A stretch of 32,000 bases of DNA from Promethearchaeota archaeon (GTDB taxonomy: Archaea; Asgardarchaeota; Odinarchaeia; Odinarchaeales; JBHLKK01), in the NCBI GenBank assembly GCA_048939465.1, contig JBHLPL010000007.1, forward strand, positions 1 to 32,000. The letters are read 5' to 3'. The translations under genes were made by a program, and so were the position numbers. Shown piece after piece: positions 26,398 to 32,000 of the stretch; position 1 is the first letter of the stretch; each line of letters opens with the position of its first letter. The notes beneath the pieces were generated by a model. It worked only from the letters and a program-made list of their open reading frames with translations, had not been told where the DNA came from and made no database searches.

Positions 26398-27156
26398 ATG
26401 ACCTTAAGCCAGGGATTCTGGAACAGACTAAAAGAGCTCTTGGAAAAGGCTGATCTGAGAATATATGATTCTATAGAGACTAGAGCCGAAACCGTTCAAA
26501 AGACCTACAGCGACAGGTCAGTATTTTTTGATAAGCTGGGCCGCTATCATTATGACGCACGACGCCATAAAATGAGGGGAGACTATGAAGAAGCTTTGGA
26601 GAATCTTCTGGCTTGCGTACGTATCTACACCAATCTGGGAGCTTATTTTAAGGCAAGTGGACTTATGTTAGATGTCGGCGACTGCTTTGCATCACTTGGT
26701 ATGAATGAAATTGCCCTTTACTGCCTTAGGGAATCTTTCAAATGTCTGGCTGGTGAAAGGGATTCTCTTAGTCTTGATTTGACCGCCCTTCATTTACTCT
26801 TGATCGTTGGAATCTATATTCTTTCAAACGATTTTGAAAAGGCGAGAGACTTCCTCAAAACAAGTAGAGAATCCAATCCCGAAGTTTTCAGGAGATTGCA
26901 AAGAGAAGACTGCTATAAATTTGCCACAATCCTATTGAGGGCGTTTAGAAAAATGGATATAGAAGTTCTTATGAGTCTGGAGCAAAAGCTTACAAAAAGG
27001 GTATCCGACGACTGGCCCAGCCTGATGTCTCGTTTTCAAGAGTGTGTTGAGCTATATGAAATCCTGCAATCAATAATCGAGCGGTTCCGGAAATCGGGCA
27101 AGCAGCAGGATTTGGGTCAGGGTCCTTCTGGAATGCGAAATATGTCTCAACTCTAA
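26398..27156 (+). CDS. TPR/alpha-solenoid protein, SNAP (NSF attachment protein)-like
   Basis: Helical repeats (GDYEEALENL..C..IY..LG; A..L.DVGDCF..LG..E.AL) and a C-terminal helical bundle. Confidence 0.6.
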   Translation: MTLSQGFWNRLKELLEKADLRIYDSIETRAETVQKTYSDRSVFFDKLGRYHYDARRHKMRGDYEEALENLLACVRIYTNLGAYFKASGLMLDVGDCFASLGMNEIALYCLRESFKCLAGERDSLSLDLTALHLLLIVGIYILSNDFEKARDFLKTSRESNPEVFRRLQREDCYKFATILLRAFRKMDIEVLMSLEQKLTKRVSDDWPSLMSRFQECVELYEILQSIIERFRKSGKQQDLGQGPSGMRNMSQL

Positions 27157-27230
27157 ATGATATGGAACCTTTCCTTCCTTTGGTTCTTTTGGCGAAGCTG
27201 AAGAAGACACCCCTATTATGTTTTAGATTG

Positions 27231-27533
27231 TCATCTGCGCTGTGATATGGCCTTCTGCGCCTGATCGTGCCAGGCGTCCAGTATGACTTTTGTAAAATCC
27301 CTGACTTTGACACCAACTAGAACGGCCTTATTCTCTTTGAAGAATCGGTCTATAGTCTTGTCAACTTCCTTGGCCTTCCTCCCCAAAAGTGTCTCCTCCA
27401 GTCGATCAAGCACATCTTCCGGATGAAGAAAAAAATCTCCAGTTATGATTATTCTCCTGATTTTTCCGTCTTCTGCAGAGACTTGCGCACGGATGAGTTT
27501 TCCACCAGGTATTTTCAGTTCTGCTCTTCCCAA
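27231..27533 (-). CDS. lplB: Lipoate-protein ligase C-terminal/accessory subunit (LplB-like)
   Basis: KIPGGKLIR, IIITGDFFLHPE..LD.LE..L.G; TTG 27533 behind GGGGGG. Confidence 0.88.
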   Translation of the reverse strand: MGRAELKIPGGKLIRAQVSAEDGKIRRIIITGDFFLHPEDVLDRLEETLLGRKAKEVDKTIDRFFKENKAVLVGVKVRDFTKVILDAWHDQAQKAISQRR

Positions 27534-27544
27534 TATTGGCCCCC

Positions 27545-28312
27545 CTAACGGCGGAAATTCCACTTCTCATTAGAGTATTTCTCGTTTCGCAGTTTACGTG
27601 CAGATTCCAGCTCTTGATTGCTTAGACTTCCTTCCTTGAAACCGATTTGCAGCGCCTCTCGAAAACCTTTGATAAGGGCCGTCCTAACCTCCCCAAACGT
27701 GACTCTTCTTCTCAATTCATTTCTAATGGACGTAACCCTTTCTTTTACAGATTGGATCAGCTTATCTGAGATCTTTGCTTTGGATACTTTCAATACCTTG
27801 AACATCTCCTCAGGATCGAAATCGACAAGGATTGTCCCATGTTGTAGGAATACACTCTGTCTTCTTGTCTGAGCATTCCCTGATATTTTTCTGCCGTTGA
27901 CAATAATATCATTTATGGGTTTGAACTCTGCCCTTAAACTAAGATCTCTCAATCCAGCAACAATCCCTTGACCGATTAGTTCATAAGACTCCATGATATC
28001 TTTCGGAATCTTTGGGTTGTTTTCCTCAACGATTATGCTGTATGTGATTTCTCCGCGATAGTCGTGAAAAACTGCTCCTCCACCTGTTATCCTCCTAACT
28101 ACATCCACCTCTAATTCTCTACAGGCTTTCAGATTGACTTCGTCGCGAACACTCTGGAAATATCCCACTGTGACAGTGGAAGGATTCCAACGGTATAGTC
28201 TCAGAGTTGCTGGAGATTTGCCTCTCGCTACTGACCTGAGAACGGCCTCATCAATTGCCATGGTCATGGGACCTGAAAACACTCCCAAATCAATTAATCT
28301 CCATTCCTCCAA
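27545..28312 (-). CDS. lplA: Lipoate-protein ligase / octanoyltransferase catalytic subunit (LplA-N)
   Basis: MAIDEA, LRLYRW, RRITGGGAVFHD, NDI..NGRKISGNAQ, LQHGTIL. Confidence 0.95.
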   Translation of the reverse strand: MEEWRLIDLGVFSGPMTMAIDEAVLRSVARGKSPATLRLYRWNPSTVTVGYFQSVRDEVNLKACRELEVDVVRRITGGGAVFHDYRGEITYSIIVEENNPKIPKDIMESYELIGQGIVAGLRDLSLRAEFKPINDIIVNGRKISGNAQTRRQSVFLQHGTILVDFDPEEMFKVLKVSKAKISDKLIQSVKERVTSIRNELRRRVTFGEVRTALIKGFREALQIGFKEGSLSNQELESARKLRNEKYSNEKWNFRR

Positions 28313-28326
28313 TCCTCATCTCCTCA

Positions 28327-29307
28327 TTAAATGCCTAGCTCTTGCTTGATTATCTTGATTTCCCCAAATGTTGGAGGTCTTGGATAATTATAAGGGGAGC
28401 CCCTAGGGCGTTCATTGTAATAAGGTCTATTGCAATCCGGACACCCGCTTGTTAAGAAAGGTTTTCCGCTTTCAACGATTTCCTTTATTCTCTCTGGACA
28501 TAGATCGAAATCGCAGAGTCTGCCTTCAGAGTCAAATTGCATTTTGCTATATGCACTCAGATCGTTTGCTATTAAGTAGCTCCCGATCTGGATACGTCTG
28601 TAAGAATCTATCGCAGGTTGAGGTCTATTTTGCAGTTTGGTTCCTTTGATTGGAGTGAAGGCAAAGAGTGCTGGAATTACATCCCTGTTAACCATCATCT
28701 GGAGGAATCTGATCGCCTCCTCTTCAGTCTCCCCAAGTCCAATAATCAAGTGTGTCGATACTCTTCTTTTTCCGAATATCTTTACTGCGTAATCAAGCGT
28801 TTGAATATGTCTCCTCCAATTGTAGGGCCCTCCAATTTCCTTTCCTTTTATTTCCTTAAAGATTTTTGGAGTAGCTGCATCAATAGGGATGCTTACTCTC
28901 TCAATACCAGCGTCCCGCATCTCAGTGATTTGATTTGATTTCAGCGGCTGGATTGAAACTGAAACTGGAATTATTTCATCCTTGATTTGGTGAATTAGGG
29001 AAAGCAAATCTTCAAATACTTGGGGATAGTTTAGAGCCTGGATGCATACTCGTTTTACGTTATTTCTACTCTTTAATGATTTCAAAACTTCCTTTGTGGA
29101 GAAAGCAGGCCAAGTAACTCTTGAAAGCATATTCGGAGGGGCATTACTGGTCCTGGCTTGAGGACAAAATCCGCAGTTTGCCGTGCATTTGCCTTGAGTA
29201 TATGTCATGAGATAAGCAGTAGTGGGTTTATCACTAAATTTGCAATGAACAAGCCCCAGTACCGCTGCTGTTCCCACTGAAACTCTCACTCTTCTGGTAG
29301 TCATCAT
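28327..29307 (-). CDS. lipS2: Radical SAM lipoyl synthase subunit LipS2 (archaeal type)
   Basis: CTANCGFC radical SAM motif; RVSVGTA, PTTAYLMT, LSRVTWP; signature TSGCPDCNRP (TxGCPxC[N/D]RP); adjacent to lplA/lplB. Confidence 0.88.
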   Translation of the reverse strand: MMTTRRVRVSVGTAAVLGLVHCKFSDKPTTAYLMTYTQGKCTANCGFCPQARTSNAPPNMLSRVTWPAFSTKEVLKSLKSRNNVKRVCIQALNYPQVFEDLLSLIHQIKDEIIPVSVSIQPLKSNQITEMRDAGIERVSIPIDAATPKIFKEIKGKEIGGPYNWRRHIQTLDYAVKIFGKRRVSTHLIIGLGETEEEAIRFLQMMVNRDVIPALFAFTPIKGTKLQNRPQPAIDSYRRIQIGSYLIANDLSAYSKMQFDSEGRLCDFDLCPERIKEIVESGKPFLTSGCPDCNRPYYNERPRGSPYNYPRPPTFGEIKIIKQELGI

Positions 29308-29359
29308 TTACCGCCAACGGCAGTTTGAGCTGAACTGCTCTGCTGCTTCAATTGATTAT

Positions 29360-32000
29360 TCATACTTCCTTTTGAATCTTCTTACGTACCTTCAAAGTAA
29401 TTGCCACAACCAAAAGAAGGATTATTGGTATAGGAAAGATTGAAACAATCCAGGGCTTCTTACGGATAATCACGACTATCTCATGAGCGATTGGATCAAA
29501 ATTCTTACTCCATGCTTCGATTCTAACTGCAAACTGACCGCTTAGTCCCGAAGTGTTTATAGTGGCTCCATAGACTCCGTCACCGATTTCTTTCACAGAC
29601 GCTTCTACGGTTTCAATATATACTTTCAATGTTACGTTTGCTACGGGCCAGTGGCACAAATCACTTAGAGTGATAGTTATTTCAATTCGATCCCCCGAGT
29701 AGTATGTTAGCACGGAAGACGAGAAATCATAACTTGAAATTGCAAGACCGAGGACATTATGCCAGTCCAATAGATTCCGTATATACGGTGTGTTGTCATC
29801 AACGTCTGGAGCGATAGTCATAACTGTAATCTTCCCGAATCCAAAAGTGGCGGCGAGCCATACTGGTTTCTCATCGCCGTATGCGATGACGTGATATGCC
29901 GGGTCATAAACCTCAAAATATCCATAATACGGAACATCACCATTTAGGCTGCTTGGCAAGCTTACAAGGGGATGCTCCCTACGCGTTATTGATATCTCGT
30001 TCCCAAATTCAGGTGAAGAATACACTCCAGGAATCCATTCCAATCGGCAATCTGTGACATTTAACACAATTAGTGTTCCCCCCCTGTTCACGTATTCTCG
30101 TATTGTCTCATTATGCATCGATATCCGGGAATCTTCTTTTTGTGACACGCCACTCTCAATAACAACTGTTTGAAATTCAAAAATATCGATCATCAGTTCA
30201 TCGATCTGCATCAAGGTCGTATTATAGTAAACATACGTATAATTCAGGTTGTACATTGCATTTAGGTCTGCAATATCGTTCAGTAGGTATCCTTTTTCCC
30301 CAAGAATTGCGATTTTTCCGCGAGCGTGTCCTGGAACATGTTCATCTATGTCCAAAGATAAAGGATCAAGACTTGCCGGTATTGTATGACTACTATTAGT
30401 CAGGCTAAGATGGGGATCTCCAAAAAGAGTATATTGTAGGGAGAAGTCTCCTTTTCCATGCGCGTAGTCACAGAGAAGATGCTTAGAGTATATGGAGCTT
30501 GTGTTTTCGAGCGCTATTCTGAACGCCTCTCCAAGCGTATATGATTCGCCAATCTTCTGAATTAACTGATACATGAACCACGCTGCTGCTTCAAAATCAA
30601 CTGTTCTGGGAGAAGATACGACAGCTACCGCCCCATGCCTTATAAATACCTCAGCAAAACTGCTTCCAACAAGGCATGCGGCTACTAAGATCAATGTAGA
30701 ATGGATATTCTCAAGAGATTCATCAATGCTTTGGGAACTCAGGTAGTAATGATACATCTCTTCTTGGTTCCAATACAGAGGGTCAACAATACCATCTCCG
30801 TTAGCATCAGGGTGTGTCAGATTAGCTCCAGGTTCATACCACCAGCCAGCATCTGTATTTCTGAGAAGCAGCATTGAATTCTCCCTGATGCCCGCCAGAT
30901 CTAATACCCCGTGCGTCGACAGTGTCCAGAGCCCTACTCCCGCGTCCAGAGTACTGACTATTTCTTCTACTCCTGTGTGGTTCACGAGGCTTAATCCGCA
31001 GTCTATCATCGCGGCAAAGCCATCATCTCTCTCGTGGATTGTGTGATTGATGCCGGCATTGTCAGTGAAGCCTGTACCATGAAGATAAGCGTAATATGTC
31101 GATAGAGCGGTAAGTCGACCTGAGTTTACAAAAATAAGCGCATAATACAAGATGCTCCGACATATGTGTGAATCGAGCTCGGGGAATTCCTCGGGGAATC
31201 GACCTACGACAAACTGTCCTACAATTGCCCTATCCAGTGTTTGCCTTATCCTGGCCGAAGGGGCAACTACCGTTAGTGTTTCATTGCCTGTTGCCCCGTT
31301 TTCAAGCAACCACTGACCAAACATATCTGCAACTTCGGTCATGGCGTGATATTGCGGGACTCGCTCTTCCAAATAGCTGCCTTCAAAATAAGCTGGATGA
31401 GACTCGACGCTTTTAAGATTCGAGGCAACACGCATTCCATAAACTGTCCAAGTTCCTTCAGCCAAATTGCTGCTATTCGTTTCTGATAAGAACAGCACGC
31501 TCGCTCCTTGATAAGCTGCTATCAAAGAAGCAGGAGCAAAAACCCCTCCTTCGGGACCTGCTGGTACTGTCAATATAATGTCTTCACTGCTTCCGATAGA
31601 CTTGATAAAGGAGAAGATTGCTGATGAATTTGCCAGATGAGTGACTTCCGATATATCCGTTAGAGTACTAAGCATATTCTGCGTGCTCATATTCGCCACA
31701 TCCACGAGTATAATCTCATTTACGTCCATGAACTCAAGAGCATCTTTCGTTACGTCTCTTAGTTCATCCGGCTCTACGTACAGAAGAGGAATATTCTGAA
31801 GGGAAGCTATAACTGCTCCATTCGACGCCGATTCAATATATCCTGTCAGATTCTCGTCGTAGGTTGAGATCCTATAGCCGCCACGTACGCTGAGAGAGCC
31901 ACTCCCCCTCCACCAGCTCACCAAAATGGTCCAGTTCCCGGGCTGAGGATAGGGAACGCTTACTTCCTCTGACGGGAAAACAGTGTTTGCAGTGACAGAC
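29360..32000 (-). CDS. Large membrane-anchored surface protein: PPC domain, C25 (gingipain)-like peptidase domain, GATase-like and Ig-like domains, C-terminal TM (5' truncated by window edge)
   Basis: The frame is open to 32000 (SVTANTVFPSEEVSVPYPQPGNWTILVSW, PPC-like). STHG (His 30911-30913), AACLVG (Cys 30674-30676), LGEAF, YTLFGDP, DANGDGIVD Ca-binding loop, TM plus basic tail. Confidence 0.75.
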   Translation of the reverse strand, partial: SVTANTVFPSEEVSVPYPQPGNWTILVSWWRGSGSLSVRGGYRISTYDENLTGYIESASNGAVIASLQNIPLLYVEPDELRDVTKDALEFMDVNEIILVDVANMSTQNMLSTLTDISEVTHLANSSAIFSFIKSIGSSEDIILTVPAGPEGGVFAPASLIAAYQGASVLFLSETNSSNLAEGTWTVYGMRVASNLKSVESHPAYFEGSYLEERVPQYHAMTEVADMFGQWLLENGATGNETLTVVAPSARIRQTLDRAIVGQFVVGRFPEEFPELDSHICRSILYYALIFVNSGRLTALSTYYAYLHGTGFTDNAGINHTIHERDDGFAAMIDCGLSLVNHTGVEEIVSTLDAGVGLWTLSTHGVLDLAGIRENSMLLLRNTDAGWWYEPGANLTHPDANGDGIVDPLYWNQEEMYHYYLSSQSIDESLENIHSTLILVAACLVGSSFAEVFIRHGAVAVVSSPRTVDFEAAAWFMYQLIQKIGESYTLGEAFRIALENTSSIYSKHLLCDYAHGKGDFSLQYTLFGDPHLSLTNSSHTIPASLDPLSLDIDEHVPGHARGKIAILGEKGYLLNDIADLNAMYNLNYTYVYYNTTLMQIDELMIDIFEFQTVVIESGVSQKEDSRISMHNETIREYVNRGGTLIVLNVTDCRLEWIPGVYSSPEFGNEISITRREHPLVSLPSSLNGDVPYYGYFEVYDPAYHVIAYGDEKPVWLAATFGFGKITVMTIAPDVDDNTPYIRNLLDWHNVLGLAISSYDFSSSVLTYYSGDRIEITITLSDLCHWPVANVTLKVYIETVEASVKEIGDGVYGATINTSGLSGQFAVRIEAWSKNFDPIAHEIVVIIRKKPWIVSIFPIPIILLLVVAITLKVRKKIQKEV

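Noticed and set aside
1142-31416. Numerous short ORFs in the track antisense to or nested within well-supported genes (e.g. 3645-4031, 9845-10108, 16178-16486, 23647-24102, 26990-27316)
   Set aside because: Shadow ORFs with no motifs or SD; the opposite frames carry clear family genes.
1-32000. CRISPR array, IS/transposase, integrase, rRNA/tRNA
   Set aside because: No regularly spaced repeats, terminal inverted repeats, recombinase motifs or RNA gene structures were seen.

Overview
Archaeal chromosomal window with no mobile element, CRISPR array, rRNA or tRNA that I can support. Archaeal origin rests on Nre with a PCNA PIP box, Fae domains, LipS2, TATA/BRE promoters and GGAGG SD sites with TTG/GTG starts. 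A Bathyarchaeia or Asgard-type sediment lineage is my inference, not proven. The left part is catabolic: a non-pyrrolysine MttB methyltransferase, an M50-like membrane protease, a frameshifted hypothetical gene, two acyl-CoA dehydrogenases, YjbQ, a nucleotidyltransferase, an amidohydrolase, an acetamidase/formamidase and a GNAT. The most interesting locus is central: two translationally coupled paralogs, each fusing a DapA/NAL-family Schiff-base aldolase to a formaldehyde-activating enzyme (Fae) domain. Their Fae motifs are lost in a complementary way, Cys replaces the DHDPS Arg138, and a TIM-barrel gene is transcribed divergently. This is a candidate formaldehyde-channelling aldolase / H4MPT system. 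The right part holds a C13/caspase-fold surface protease with an inserted CBM-like domain, uvrA and uvrC without uvrB (separated by a 24-bp perfect palindrome with a GAAC-N4-GTTC LexA-box-like core), small Zn-finger and PH-like proteins, an ABC-2 exporter, nreA, a SNAP/TPR-like protein, a lipS2-lplA-lplB lipoate operon, and a large C25-like membrane-anchored protease that runs off the right edge. All family assignments are from motif recognition and recall; no searches were run.
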